A stretch of 64,000 nucleotides of DNA from Deltaproteobacteria bacterium (GCA_033763315.1 JANRKS010000031.1:1-64000); one strand, 5' to 3'. Shown: positions 7,644-18,141, counted from the stretch's first letter. Program-made: numbers and translations. Notes: generated by a model from the sequence alone, not told the origin.

Positions 7644-9637
7644 CGTTTCGTTTCACTCAGATCCGCAGCCACGTTGCTGCGCGTCCGATTGACGGTGTAA
7701 ACGGCGTAGTCATGTAGGAGGTTTTCGTTGTCTCGCGACGACAAGCCCTCGATCTTCAGTTCGTAAAGCCGGCCTGCGATCACTTGCGGAACGTGCAAAC
7801 TGACTTGCAAGCCATCCGAAGATAACTGTGGTCGAAGGCCGGTGACGTTCGTGTGACCCGTGGGGGCCACACCGTATGTCCTGCCAAACGGGTAGTGATA
7901 ATGCCGCAGGGTAAAGCGGGCCTTCTTCACACTTTTTGCATCGATCTGCTTTGTGAAGGCGAGATCGAAACCTTCGTTGGCAAGGTGCATTGCTTTGATT
8001 TCGAAGGGCACTTTACCAGACCAGGTCAACGTTTGAATGCCAAACTCCTTGCCTCCCGTGGCGCCCCATCCGCGATCGGTTTGGCCGACCCACAGACTTC
8101 CATCGGGACCCATGACCAAGCGGTTGTTGCCTGACTGGAAGCCCTTGCGAAAGGGAAACGCTGCACCTTGGGTTACGCCTTCCACCTCTTCGAGGAACAC
8201 ACGCGTGATCGCGCTGCTTGTTTGATCGCCCACAAACATTTGGCCTGCAAACGGACCGAAACGACCTTCACTGGTATCAAACAGCGGCTGCGTGGGCGAC
8301 TGGCCTAGCACCCCATAAGGAAAAACGATGGCGGCGGCTTTGCGACGCTTACCTAACTCTTCGACGGTGGGCTCCTCTGACCAAGGCGGCAGCTTGGGGT
8401 TTGCAAACATCGAACCTGGGTGACCAAAAAAGTCGCCCTTGTTCACCTGGTAAAGCTGCGACGACGGAATGTATTCACCTTGGTTGTCTGTCACAAAAAG
8501 CTGCTCGTTTGCGTTGAGCGCCAACCCGTTGGGGCACCGAACGCCATAGGCCCAAGGCTCGAAGCGCTGGTCCATAGGCGCCGCGGGATCGATGCGGGAG
8601 ATCCATCCCAGATAGGTGGCGCGGGAAGCGTTGCCCAGCGCGCACATGGCGATAAAGAACTGCCCCTTCGCGTTGCGAACCAGGCCAAACAAATATTCGT
8701 GGTGTCCCCCCGAAAGGTTCCAATGTTTGGAGATCACTTCGTAGTGATCCGCCTTTCCGTCCTGGTTTTCGTCGGTCAAGCGGGTGAGCTCTCCGCGTTG
8801 CAGAACAAAGATCTCGTCCAGGGTTTTCGCCCAGAGTCCCAGTGGCTCTTGTAACCCCTCGGCGTACTTGTGCCATTGCCCCTGCAACGTGCGTGTCCAC
8901 ACTTCGCCCCGGCGCGTGCACACAAGCAACAGAGTTTCGCCGTGCCTATTTTTGATGTATGCCATTCCCCCCACTTCGATGGGAACCCCTTCGGGGGTGG
9001 CAATGGTTTGCAAGCGGTAATAGGCGTCTTCTGTTTGGCGGGGAAAATCCTCGTCAAGACGTTGCTCCAATTCATCGGTAACCATCTTGCTGATGGGCGA
9101 CAACGCAAACCAAAACCGCGTGGTTTTTTCGCGGATTCCCGCGGTGATTTGCAGGTGGTTTGTGCCCTTGTGCAGCCGCAACGGAATCGAAAGCACGCGA
9201 ATGGGCGGTATGTATGTGGTGATGGTGACGTGAACCGCTTTGCCGTCGTGGTTGATCACGATGCCGTTGTCGATGCCGAACGTGAGCGTGGCAGCCACGT
9301 CCCGGTCAAGCGTGATCGTCCGGTAAAGCTGGGTGGGCGCGGGCAACCGATGCTCCACTCCATCTTTGATCTCAGGCGCTTTTCGCCATTTGCGCGCCAA
9401 TTTACCTTGGCCTGACGGCGGCACATCAACGTTAACCACGCCATCCGGCGGCACTTCAAAACGCCCGTCTAGGCGCCACCACGGCTCAAGCGGAATCGCT
9501 GGCAAGGCTTGTTGGGTGGCCTGCAAAGAAGCTTGCCGCGATTGCTCGCGGGTGGCCTTCTTCACATAGACCAATGGGCTGGCACCCCACGCCGACGTGG
9601 TGGTGAAAAACACCAAAGCTGCAACGAGACTTCGCAT
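7640..9637 (-). CDS. Secreted beta-propeller protein (glucose/sorbosone-dehydrogenase-like, PVC-type) with N-terminal beta-sandwich
   Basis: Signal peptide; LTDENQDGKAD, GVRCPNGL, TDNQGEY, FAGQMFVGD motifs; TGATG coupling to the upstream gene. Confidence 0.75.
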   Translation of the reverse strand: MRSLVAALVFFTTTSAWGASPLVYVKKATREQSRQASLQATQQALPAIPLEPWWRLDGRFEVPPDGVVNVDVPPSGQGKLARKWRKAPEIKDGVEHRLPAPTQLYRTITLDRDVAATLTFGIDNGIVINHDGKAVHVTITTYIPPIRVLSIPLRLHKGTNHLQITAGIREKTTRFWFALSPISKMVTDELEQRLDEDFPRQTEDAYYRLQTIATPEGVPIEVGGMAYIKNRHGETLLLVCTRRGEVWTRTLQGQWHKYAEGLQEPLGLWAKTLDEIFVLQRGELTRLTDENQDGKADHYEVISKHWNLSGGHHEYLFGLVRNAKGQFFIAMCALGNASRATYLGWISRIDPAAPMDQRFEPWAYGVRCPNGLALNANEQLFVTDNQGEYIPSSQLYQVNKGDFFGHPGSMFANPKLPPWSEEPTVEELGKRRKAAAIVFPYGVLGQSPTQPLFDTSEGRFGPFAGQMFVGDQTSSAITRVFLEEVEGVTQGAAFPFRKGFQSGNNRLVMGPDGSLWVGQTDRGWGATGGKEFGIQTLTWSGKVPFEIKAMHLANEGFDLAFTKQIDAKSVKKARFTLRHYHYPFGRTYGVAPTGHTNVTGLRPQLSSDGLQVSLHVPQVIAGRLYELKIEGLSSRDNENLLHDYAVYTVNRTRSNVAADLSETKR

Positions 9638-12063
9638 CACGGCCGGCCTCGCAATGTCAAATCGAACGACCATGTTGAATCCTTTGTGGGCGAGGCTTGC
9701 AAAGCAAACGCGCCCGCTGAAGCTTTGCCATTGACGCTCGTGACGATCACATCGTTCGGCGGCACGACGAGCCACAAGGGCGGCGCGCCTGCGGGAATCG
9801 TGAACGTTCGCCTTAGCCCCTGCCCGGCAGGATTTGGCACAACAATTTCCTTGATGCGAACGCCGCCCAGCTCGTACTCGAAAGTCGGCTGGCCCACCTT
9901 ATCCAACGTGTAGCCCAGATACTGCGCCGCTTTTCTATCGCCCTTCGGACTCAAGCTTAAGCCAGCGTTGCCATCCACATCACGCACAACTCCCAACGGC
10001 TTCGCCGGATCACCCCCACGCCCCGACCACAAGGCCTTCACATCCAAAAAGCCCCCCGCCCACACCCCCGTCAAGCGGCAGGCGTCGGGATCAAACACGT
10101 ATGAAATCTTTTGTGGAAACCCAACCACAATGCTGCGCGGGCTGCCCCCACGCCAAGGTGTTCTCACAATCACAGGTGCCGCCGCCACCGGCAGAATCAA
10201 TGTCTCGCCCATGTTGAGTCCCTCGGGGGGAGGCAGCGCGCTGCCCAACGACAACGCACCCCAAATGTTGGCGATGCGGCGATCCGCATTTTCTGCCGGC
10301 ATTTCCGCAAAAAAGGCAGGCATCTGCGTGCCCGGTGAAATACGCGCGGGGGCCTTGAGCCAGCGCTTGAACCAATCCGGTTGCAATCGCTCGAACATTG
10401 AAACCATATCCGGCCCGCGGGTGGCGCCCATCGAAAAATATGCGCCGAAATCATGACAATTGATGCAGGCTAGGCCTTCCTCGCCGCGTCCCAAAATTCG
10501 CACGCCCTCCTTTATTTGTTCGTCTGAGGCCCGAGGTGCGGCGCTCTTCGCGTTGTCGGTGGCCCCCATCACGGCAGAAAACAAATTAACCAAAGGCGTG
10601 GCGGCCTCTCCGTAATGGGGCATGCGCAGGTTCATCCAGGGCCGCAGACGTTTGCGTTCGAGAAGCACTTTGCTTAACCACGCAGGCTTTAACTTGTGTG
10701 CCACATCGTTAAGCGACGGAGGCGTCTCCTCGAACTTGATCGTCGCCGGCTTCTCAAGCTCGTGGCACCGCCGGCAACCAAACCGATCCACGAGCGCCTC
10801 GAATGTGGCTCGTGGCGCGGGCGCGTTGTTGGGCGTGCCGAGGTAGGCCGTCAAGGCCACTCGTTGGCGATCGCTTAACGCATAACGAGGCGATTTTGGC
10901 GGCGGCACCGGAGCCAAACAACCGCGGCCGCTTTTCAGAGTGTTCCACGCGGGCGCCGAAGAAGCGTCCGGCACCGCTGCGGTGCCATCGATCACGTGGC
11001 ACCGCAAGCAGCCGCGCTCCTGCACCAGCGCCTTGCCATGGGCGGCGTTTGCGTTCTGAGGCGCAGGCGATTCGAAGGCTTTGTTTCGCGATAGCATCAA
11101 GTTGTTTGCAATCGCGTTTGCATCGTCTTCATCAAGCAAGAACGATGGCATGCGCCCCGAAGGGTTTGACTTCAAGGGGTTCTGCAGGAAGGCGGACAAG
11201 GCGCCCGGCAGATACTTGGAACCCAAACCCGCAAGCGTGTCGCCCTCGGAGCCGTGGCACGCCAAACAACCGATCGACTTCCACAGATCCTCGCCATGTG
11301 CATCGACCGTGGGCTTCACTTTGGCTTGAGTCTGCACTGGTGGGGCTGATGTGTTGGTCAACGAGGCAAGGTAGGCGACGACGTCGCTTCGTTCGTCTGA
11401 TGTGAGGTTCATCGTTGGCATCACGGCGGTCTTGCGAAAGTTCTGTGGGTTGGCAAGCCAAGCAAACAGCCAAGCGGGTGTGACGCGCGAGCCGATGCGG
11501 GTGAGTTTGGGCCCGAGCATCGCCGCCTCGGTGCCGCCTTGGGTGTGGCAGTTCTGGCATCCCAAAGCGTTCGCCAAGCGCCGGCCTTCTTGCATGTCAG
11601 ATCCACTAGCGCTCGGGGCACGCACCCAGGCCGATGCAGGCACGGGCTCTTCGTCGAAGAGGTTCGATGACCACGAAACCGACAACACGCTTGGCTGCGC
11701 GTTTGGCAGCCGCTTCCACTCCAAGACGAAAGGGTGATCACCTACGGTTAAGGTTCGTGGTCTCGTGAACGCGTTGCCGTCAACCGTCAATGTGCCCTGG
11801 CTGGCCACGATGCGGTAGGTGGCCTCTTCCACAATGCGCACGAACCCCGTCACGCGTGCTGAAAACGCAGGGGGGAGCGAGGAATCGAGGCTTTCGGTGG
11901 GCGCCAAAACGATATCGGGCCTTGGCAGCGCCAGCCGCACCGCTGCCGCATTCTTCACGAGCGGCGTCACATCCGCGAACACGCCCGGTTCATTCGCGCG
12001 CAGCTCGCCAGAGAAGGCCAAGATCGCGAGACATATAACGGAACCAAGTCCTTTTGCGTTCAT
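9637..12063 (-). CDS. Secreted multi-heme cytochrome c (5 CxxCH) with N-terminal PA14-like domain
   Basis: CQNCH, CLACH, CLRCH, CRRCH, CINCH with distal Met-Pro motifs; FSARVTGFVRI..G.HPFVLEW PA14-like; signal peptide after ATG 12063. Confidence 0.85.
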   Translation of the reverse strand: MNAKGLGSVICLAILAFSGELRANEPGVFADVTPLVKNAAAVRLALPRPDIVLAPTESLDSSLPPAFSARVTGFVRIVEEATYRIVASQGTLTVDGNAFTRPRTLTVGDHPFVLEWKRLPNAQPSVLSVSWSSNLFDEEPVPASAWVRAPSASGSDMQEGRRLANALGCQNCHTQGGTEAAMLGPKLTRIGSRVTPAWLFAWLANPQNFRKTAVMPTMNLTSDERSDVVAYLASLTNTSAPPVQTQAKVKPTVDAHGEDLWKSIGCLACHGSEGDTLAGLGSKYLPGALSAFLQNPLKSNPSGRMPSFLLDEDDANAIANNLMLSRNKAFESPAPQNANAAHGKALVQERGCLRCHVIDGTAAVPDASSAPAWNTLKSGRGCLAPVPPPKSPRYALSDRQRVALTAYLGTPNNAPAPRATFEALVDRFGCRRCHELEKPATIKFEETPPSLNDVAHKLKPAWLSKVLLERKRLRPWMNLRMPHYGEAATPLVNLFSAVMGATDNAKSAAPRASDEQIKEGVRILGRGEEGLACINCHDFGAYFSMGATRGPDMVSMFERLQPDWFKRWLKAPARISPGTQMPAFFAEMPAENADRRIANIWGALSLGSALPPPEGLNMGETLILPVAAAPVIVRTPWRGGSPRSIVVGFPQKISYVFDPDACRLTGVWAGGFLDVKALWSGRGGDPAKPLGVVRDVDGNAGLSLSPKGDRKAAQYLGYTLDKVGQPTFEYELGGVRIKEIVVPNPAGQGLRRTFTIPAGAPPLWLVVPPNDVIVTSVNGKASAGAFALQASPTKDSTWSFDLTLRGRP

Positions 12064-12275
12064 GGCGCTTGGTGCTCCGGCCGCACGGCTTGTCGATCGT
12101 TTCCGCAGCACCTGGTCATGACTTCCTGCCTTTACGCACGTGACATAATCTTGCAAAGAGATCGCTGCCGTGCAGGAAAAGTGACTCATCATTTCATGCA
12201 CCAAATTATGATCGAATGGCCGACATGCCCGAACGCCGCGAGCCGTGGCGCCGTTATATCGTAGGTTTGGCTGCC

Positions 12276-13184
12276 ATGACGCCTTCCAACCCGCCAAATT
12301 GCGTTCCTCCCTTGGCGACCAGCCGTCGCGATTTGCTAGCGGCTCTCGCTGTTGGTTCCTGCTCGATGCTGGCCGCCCCCCGGCGCGCTGCCAGCTCGTC
12401 AAACTTGGTTCTTGGGCTGCAGCTTTACAGCCTAAGAGAACAGCTTGCGAAAGACGTTGCACAGGGCTTGGCGCAAGCGCACGCCCTCGGATTCGTGGAC
12501 GTGGAGGTGTTTCGCTTTTATGGCAATAGCGCTTCGGTGTTTGCGCAGAAGCTTCAAAAGGCTAAACTTCGTTGCCGTAGCCTGATGGTGGAGTTTGCGG
12601 CGCTAAGCGATCCGAGCAAAGTGATCGCCGACGCCCAAGCTCTGGGCGCCACCTACGTCACATGTCCGTGGATCCCACATGAAAAGGTCTTTTCGGCCAA
12701 AGACTGCGCGATGGCGGCCGAGCGGTTCACGGCGGCGGGACGGGCCATGCAGGCCCAAGGGGTGAGCTTCACGTATCACATACACGGCTACGAATTTGAG
12801 CCCAGCCGCGAGGGCACGCTGATGGATACGCTGTTGCGTTCCACTCCGGCTGAATTTGTGAATTACGAGATGGATATCTTTTGGGTGACCCGAGGCAGTG
12901 GCAACGTCGTGGATCTGCTTGAACGTTACCCCGGCAGATTTCCGTTGGTTCACCTCAAAGACATCGCCAAAGGCACAGCCATTTGTGCGCCCAAAGGGGA
13001 TGCCCCTGATGACACCAGCGTGCCTTTGGGATCTGGGATGATTGACATCCCAGGGTTCTTGGCCGCCGCACAAAAGGCTGGCAGCAAAATGTTCTTCATC
13101 GAAGACGAACACCCGAACGCCACGAAGCAGATCTCCGTGTCGCTGCGCTACCTGAAAACGCTGGGTTTGCGGCCTTCGCGTTGA
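12276..13184 (+). CDS. Tat-exported TIM-barrel sugar phosphate isomerase/epimerase family protein (AP_endonuc_2/IolE-like)
   Basis: SRRDLL signal; GLQLYSLR, YHIHGYEF, EMDIFW, HLKD, FIEDE motifs. Confidence 0.88.
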   Translation: MTPSNPPNCVPPLATSRRDLLAALAVGSCSMLAAPRRAASSSNLVLGLQLYSLREQLAKDVAQGLAQAHALGFVDVEVFRFYGNSASVFAQKLQKAKLRCRSLMVEFAALSDPSKVIADAQALGATYVTCPWIPHEKVFSAKDCAMAAERFTAAGRAMQAQGVSFTYHIHGYEFEPSREGTLMDTLLRSTPAEFVNYEMDIFWVTRGSGNVVDLLERYPGRFPLVHLKDIAKGTAICAPKGDAPDDTSVPLGSGMIDIPGFLAAAQKAGSKMFFIEDEHPNATKQISVSLRYLKTLGLRPSR

Positions 13185-13228
13185 TAGGGCACGAGTAGCT
13201 CGCCCCCCAGCTATGCTACCGTCTGCCC

Positions 13229-14194
13229 ATGAGCGCTCCCCCCGAGTTGGCCATCGCCAGCGCCCCCCATCCCCCTGTGCTGGAGATGCGGGGCGTTGTG
13301 AAGCGCTATGGCGACGTCGAGGCGCTCTCTGGGCTTGATCTTGTTGTGCGGCCTGGTGAGGTCTATGGCTTCCTCGGACGCAACGGGGCGGGGAAAACGA
13401 CCGCGCTGCGCATTCTCATGGGCATCACCCACGCCACGCGCGGCCAGGTCGCGCTGTTCGGGCAAGATGTTCATGGCGGGTCGCCAGCTCTGCGCCGCCG
13501 TATCGGTTATGTGGCCCAAGAACAAAACTTCTATGGGTGGATGACGCCTGTGCGGTTAGGTCACTTCCTGCGCGGCTTTTATCCAACGTGGGACGACGCT
13601 GAGTACAAACGGCTGCTTGGCTTGCTTGAGGTGCCATTTGACCGGAAGCTTGGAACCTTCTCGGGCGGAACCACCGCGAAGCTTGCCCTGGCAGCGGCGT
13701 TGGCGCATCACCCGGATCTGCTTGTGCTCGACGAACCCACGGCCGGAATGGACGCCGTGGCGCGCCGAGAGTTCCTGGAGTTGGTGCGGGCGCAGGCCGA
13801 CCGCGCGGGACGCGCGACGATCTTCTCTTCGCACCTCATCGACGAGGTGGAGTTGGCGGCCGACACCGTTGGCATTGTTGATGGCGGTCGCATGCTGTGG
13901 CAGGGGCCATTGCAGCGGCTGCGTGATGAGGTGCGTGTGTTCCGCAGCCCCCTCGATGGCGCCGCTGTGTGGCCGGCAGAACTGGCACACCCCGAACAAG
14001 GAATCAGTATTTTGTTTGATCGCGTTGAGGCCGACGAACGTGCGATCATGGTGTGGGTTCGTGACGTTGATGCAAGCGCGCCAACCATCGCGGCGCTTGA
14101 ACGGCTGCGCGCCGCTGCGGCGGGGTGGCGCGACGAGGAGCCGTCGCTCGAAGACATTTTCATTGCGCTGGTCCGCCGTCGGATCAACTACTGA
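13229..14194 (+). CDS. ABC-2 type transporter ATP-binding protein
   Basis: Walker A GRNGAGKT, signature FSGG, Walker B LLVLDE, SSH switch. Confidence 0.93.
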   Translation: MSAPPELAIASAPHPPVLEMRGVVKRYGDVEALSGLDLVVRPGEVYGFLGRNGAGKTTALRILMGITHATRGQVALFGQDVHGGSPALRRRIGYVAQEQNFYGWMTPVRLGHFLRGFYPTWDDAEYKRLLGLLEVPFDRKLGTFSGGTTAKLALAAALAHHPDLLVLDEPTAGMDAVARREFLELVRAQADRAGRATIFSSHLIDEVELAADTVGIVDGGRMLWQGPLQRLRDEVRVFRSPLDGAAVWPAELAHPEQGISILFDRVEADERAIMVWVRDVDASAPTIAALERLRAAAAGWRDEEPSLEDIFIALVRRRINY

Positions 14195-14195
14195 C

Positions 14196-16091
14196 ATGCG
14201 CGCGACGCGAGCCCTCGTCAGCAAGGAGTTGCACCAGAACGCCGGCCGTTTGATCGCGGCCACTTTGCTTCTGCTCATCGCGTGGGCCACAGCGTGGGGC
14301 GCCGCTCGTCAAGGCGAGGGCATGATGAGCACGTTCCAAGTGGTTGCGGCCTTCGCCGGTTGGCCGCTTGTGAGTGCGTCGCTTTATCTTGGGCACGGCA
14401 TCGTCGTTGTGGAACTGTTCGGGCGCACGCAACGTTTCCTTGAAGCCTTGCCGATTCACAAGGGGCACGCGCTGTTGGTGAAGATGGCGTTCGGGTTGAT
14501 GGCACTCGGCGCGTGGGCGGCGCTGGCACTGATCGCTGGGGCCGCTATGGCAACGGAGCCCACCGAACCGCGCTTTATCCTCGTGCTTGGCGTGCGGCTG
14601 GGGGCGTACGTTGTTTGCCTTTGGGCCATGGTTTTTCTGCTGGGCATGTTTGGGCGTATGCGCATCCCGATAGCGGTGGGTGTGATCGTGCTGTTGGTGG
14701 CTGCCGATAGGTACTCCTCGTGGCAGGTGTGGCAGTTCGGCCCCTTTGCGCTGATTGACTCCACATCGTTTCCCTTCGAGCGTCACAACATTCCGTGGCG
14801 CGCCGTTGCCGAATCGCTGCTGCTCGCTGCGGGCGCATGCGCTGCGGCCCAGGCCTTTGCTCGGCTAAAGGAGGGATCGATCGTGGAGGCGTTGGCGCGT
14901 CCGTTCGGACCACGAGAGGTGGCAGCGCTGACTTTCTTGGGCCTCGTCGTTGTTGTGGTCTTTTCGACGCTTCCGGTGGCCGCCGAGCCGCAGCCTTACG
15001 AGTTCACGACAGATCGTGTGGTACACAGGGGGCACGTCGAGATTGGTTATTTCGATGATGAGCTGCAGTCCACGGCAGAGACGCTGGCCGAGAAGCTTAC
15101 ACGGATGCTGGACGAGATGGTGGCAGAGCTCGGCTGGAACAAGCTGCCTCCCGTGCGCGTTGTGAATGCGCCCGATGTGCGCGCGGGCCAGTCTGCCTTA
15201 GCGAGCAATGATCATGAAATGGGTGTCGTGATTCGCACCAACCTTGCGCAATCAAGTGACGTAATGGCGACGCGTCTACTCACGGCAACCGTGCATGCGC
15301 TGGTGTCGGCGCACACCCGGCACGTGGCTATGCTTGAGCCGCGCCACTGGCTGCTTGATGGCTATGCATTGCACCTCGCCTTGCGCGGTCGCGCTTCGCC
15401 CACGCCGCCCACGGGTATGGATGCCTTCTGGATGGATGCACTTGCGGCGGCCCATCGAGTGCCTGTGGGCCCTGCGTTTTTGCGCGACTACCATCAAGCC
15501 AACGACAAAGTTGGCGACGATGGCGCGAACGCTTTGTCGGAAAGCGGGTGGCGCGTGTTGGAATCGGAGGCGGGCCGGGGCGCGGTGGTTGCTCTGGCGC
15601 GCGCGGCGTTCGGTGCGGCCGGAACGGGGGGCATGCGTGACAGCTGGCGCGCGCGGCAATCTACGGCGCGTTTGTTTGCAACGGCCGTGGGGCGCGACTG
15701 GGATGGCTTCGTGTCGTCGTGGAGCGCGACACTCACTCGAGATCGCACAAGATCGCCGTTCCGCGAGGCGTTGGCCGCCATAGAGCAAGCCGAAGCGGCC
15801 GTCGAGCTGCGCCGCGCTGGGGCGCGGCCCGTTGCGATTCGCGCGCGCTTGAATGCACCGGCGGGCACCATTTGCACGGTGTACGAACAGAAGCTTCCGC
15901 CGTATGACGGCCCGTTGGACACCGACGCCCATGAAGGGAAGCACTTTTTGTGGCCCGCGGGCAACACCGTGGAGCGCCTTGTTGAGGGCGACTACGGCAG
16001 CGGTGAACGTGCGTTTGTCGCACTTGATTGTGAGCTCACGCCATTCGCGGGGCGGGTGCGGCTTCTGGGATCGCGGGTAACCATCCCATGA
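14196..16091 (+). CDS. ABC-2 permease fused to an extracytoplasmic degenerate zinc-peptidase-like domain
   Basis: ALVSKEL start, multiple TM helices, FLEALPI motif; TATVHAL...WLLDGYA where the neighbour has HExxH...E. Confidence 0.75.
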   Translation: MRATRALVSKELHQNAGRLIAATLLLLIAWATAWGAARQGEGMMSTFQVVAAFAGWPLVSASLYLGHGIVVVELFGRTQRFLEALPIHKGHALLVKMAFGLMALGAWAALALIAGAAMATEPTEPRFILVLGVRLGAYVVCLWAMVFLLGMFGRMRIPIAVGVIVLLVAADRYSSWQVWQFGPFALIDSTSFPFERHNIPWRAVAESLLLAAGACAAAQAFARLKEGSIVEALARPFGPREVAALTFLGLVVVVVFSTLPVAAEPQPYEFTTDRVVHRGHVEIGYFDDELQSTAETLAEKLTRMLDEMVAELGWNKLPPVRVVNAPDVRAGQSALASNDHEMGVVIRTNLAQSSDVMATRLLTATVHALVSAHTRHVAMLEPRHWLLDGYALHLALRGRASPTPPTGMDAFWMDALAAAHRVPVGPAFLRDYHQANDKVGDDGANALSESGWRVLESEAGRGAVVALARAAFGAAGTGGMRDSWRARQSTARLFATAVGRDWDGFVSSWSATLTRDRTRSPFREALAAIEQAEAAVELRRAGARPVAIRARLNAPAGTICTVYEQKLPPYDGPLDTDAHEGKHFLWPAGNTVERLVEGDYGSGERAFVALDCELTPFAGRVRLLGSRVTIP

Positions 16092-18067
16092 CGGCTCCGA
16101 TGCGCTTGCGCATGTTCGTGGCGCTTGCGCGCAAGGAGCTCACGCAGCTTGCGCCCTTGTGGGTGACGCTCGGTTGCCTGCACGCTGTTGATTTGGTCTT
16201 CAGCCATCTGCTGAAACCCAGCTTGGCAAAATCGTGGGCCGAGCTGTCGTGGCTTAGCAACGCGAGCTCCGCTTCAGAGGCCGTCGTCTTGCTCGTGTTG
16301 GCCACGATCACCGCCTACAACTTGATGCCCGGAGAACACGCACAGGGAACGATCCGGTTTCTTTATACATTGCCGGTTCGCCGACGATGGGTGTTCATCA
16401 CCAAGGCGACCGTGGGCGCTGCCATTTTGTTTCTGCACAATGCCGCAGGCACGATTGAGAACGCACTCTCGATCCTCGGCAGCCAAGATTCGTTCATCCG
16501 CGAACAAGCCAGTGTGGCAACGGCGGTTGCCGAGCTTGTTTTGGAAAGTGCATTCGCTCTTATCAGTCTTTGTTATGGACTCTTCCTCTCGTTCTTTCGT
16601 CGGCTCGGGTGGCTGCTTATGGCGGCCGCGATGGTTGCGCTTGTGGCGCTGTCCTCATTCGATCCGCGCCTTTCGATCTTGAACCCGCTTTCGCTGTTCG
16701 ATGTTGCACACCACGGCACCCAGCCGATCATTGCCAGGCGCGCATGGGCCCTGCATGGCGGCTTGGCGGCCTTGTCGTTTACGATTGCGATGTGGCTATG
16801 GCTGCAGGGGGAAGAGCGTTTTGCGATCTTGCGCGCTCGCTTCGCTACGGGCAGGCGTCTTAAGCGCGTAGGCTTTGCGATCGCAGCGATCGCGGTGGCA
16901 TCCATCAGTGGGGCGGCGTTCAAGATCTGGGGAGCGGCCACGGCCACTTCTGCACGCCACCAGAGCATGGACGAATCATTGGCGGTCTTAGAAACAAAAC
17001 ACTATCGCTTCTCTTACCGACTTGCGGATGAGGCAAAGGCACGCGCGCTGGCGCTGCAGGCGGATGATGTTTACGAACGCACGCGTGGCTGGCTGGGCGG
17101 GCCGATGGATGGGCGCATCGTCGTAGATCTGACGTACGACGGCATCGATCACGCGGGCTTGACCAGCGCGACCAAGATAAGGATGGATGTTGGCGCCTCC
17201 CCGGCGATGCGGCTGCGCGCGATCCAACACGAAACCATCCACGCGCTGACCAACATTCTTTGCGAGGGCACACCTGAGGGCGTTGGCCCGCGGGGCCGGT
17301 TCCTCGCAGAAGCCATCGCAGAGTATGGCGAGCATGAGTTGGCTCTCGATCCGTTGCGCCAGCGCCGCAGCCGCCTCATTGCAGCGCTGGCGCGGCGCCG
17401 CTTCAAGATCGAGTTCGATGCGCTGTTGGACACGGCAGCCTTCCTTGCGCGGCACGATGAGTTTTTGCTCTACGCGCTTGGAGAGGTGTGGGTTGCGGCG
17501 TTGGTGCAAACTTGCGGGCGAGATGCGCCCGGGCGGTTGGTGGTTGGCTTTGCGGCTCCAGGCTTGCCCCGCAACGCCGAGCCGATCGTGCAGTGGCGCC
17601 ACGTGATGCAGAATCTGGGGTGCGGCCTTGATCCCGTGCGTGCGCGCTACGAAGAGATCCTCGCGCGCCTTGAGCCGGACGCGCATGATCTGCCGATCGC
17701 GCGCGCCCGGTTTGTGGGCTTCGCCGCGGGCGACGCGGCGGACTTGGCAGCGGACGGGGCTGAGCCAGCGGAAGGAGAAGTGGATCGCCTGCTGGTCTTT
17801 GAGGTTCAAGTGGAGGGGAAGGGGCCAGGCCCGTGGCCCGTGCTGCTGAAAGTGCGCGAGAAGCCAGACACACCGTTGCATCAAATCCGCGCAACGCACG
17901 TTCAGATTGGCGCAGGCGAGCAAGTCCGCGCCACCGTGCCTGCGTCGTCTGTCTTGCGTGATGGCTTCGATTTTCAGGTGGGCGCGGCGTTGGAGCCAGG
18001 CAGTCCACTGTTTCATTCGCGCTGGCAAACGGTTGTGCCGCGCGAAACCAACCAACCGCGGCCGTGA
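16088..18067 (+). CDS. ABC-2 permease fused to a gluzincin (peptidase MA-like) domain
   Basis: ALARKEL start, GTIRFLYTLPV; HETIH...FLAEAIAEY; ATGA overlap. Confidence 0.78.
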   Translation: MTAPMRLRMFVALARKELTQLAPLWVTLGCLHAVDLVFSHLLKPSLAKSWAELSWLSNASSASEAVVLLVLATITAYNLMPGEHAQGTIRFLYTLPVRRRWVFITKATVGAAILFLHNAAGTIENALSILGSQDSFIREQASVATAVAELVLESAFALISLCYGLFLSFFRRLGWLLMAAAMVALVALSSFDPRLSILNPLSLFDVAHHGTQPIIARRAWALHGGLAALSFTIAMWLWLQGEERFAILRARFATGRRLKRVGFAIAAIAVASISGAAFKIWGAATATSARHQSMDESLAVLETKHYRFSYRLADEAKARALALQADDVYERTRGWLGGPMDGRIVVDLTYDGIDHAGLTSATKIRMDVGASPAMRLRAIQHETIHALTNILCEGTPEGVGPRGRFLAEAIAEYGEHELALDPLRQRRSRLIAALARRRFKIEFDALLDTAAFLARHDEFLLYALGEVWVAALVQTCGRDAPGRLVVGFAAPGLPRNAEPIVQWRHVMQNLGCGLDPVRARYEEILARLEPDAHDLPIARARFVGFAAGDAADLAADGAEPAEGEVDRLLVFEVQVEGKGPGPWPVLLKVREKPDTPLHQIRATHVQIGAGEQVRATVPASSVLRDGFDFQVGAALEPGSPLFHSRWQTVVPRETNQPRP

Positions 18068-18141
18068 GCTAAATCGGCAAGAGTCCTAACACGCAGCGTC
18101 TTGAGCGATTTATGGGCCGGGGCGGGGCTGGCTCCAGATTT

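Noticed and set aside
12064-12462. N-terminal extension of the 941-aa cytochrome ORF
   Set aside because: Overlaps the divergent gene; the signal peptide starts at 12063.
13617-14195. N-terminal extension of the 824-aa permease ORF
   Set aside because: Alternate-frame overlap with the ABC ATPase; ATG 14196 directly follows its stop.
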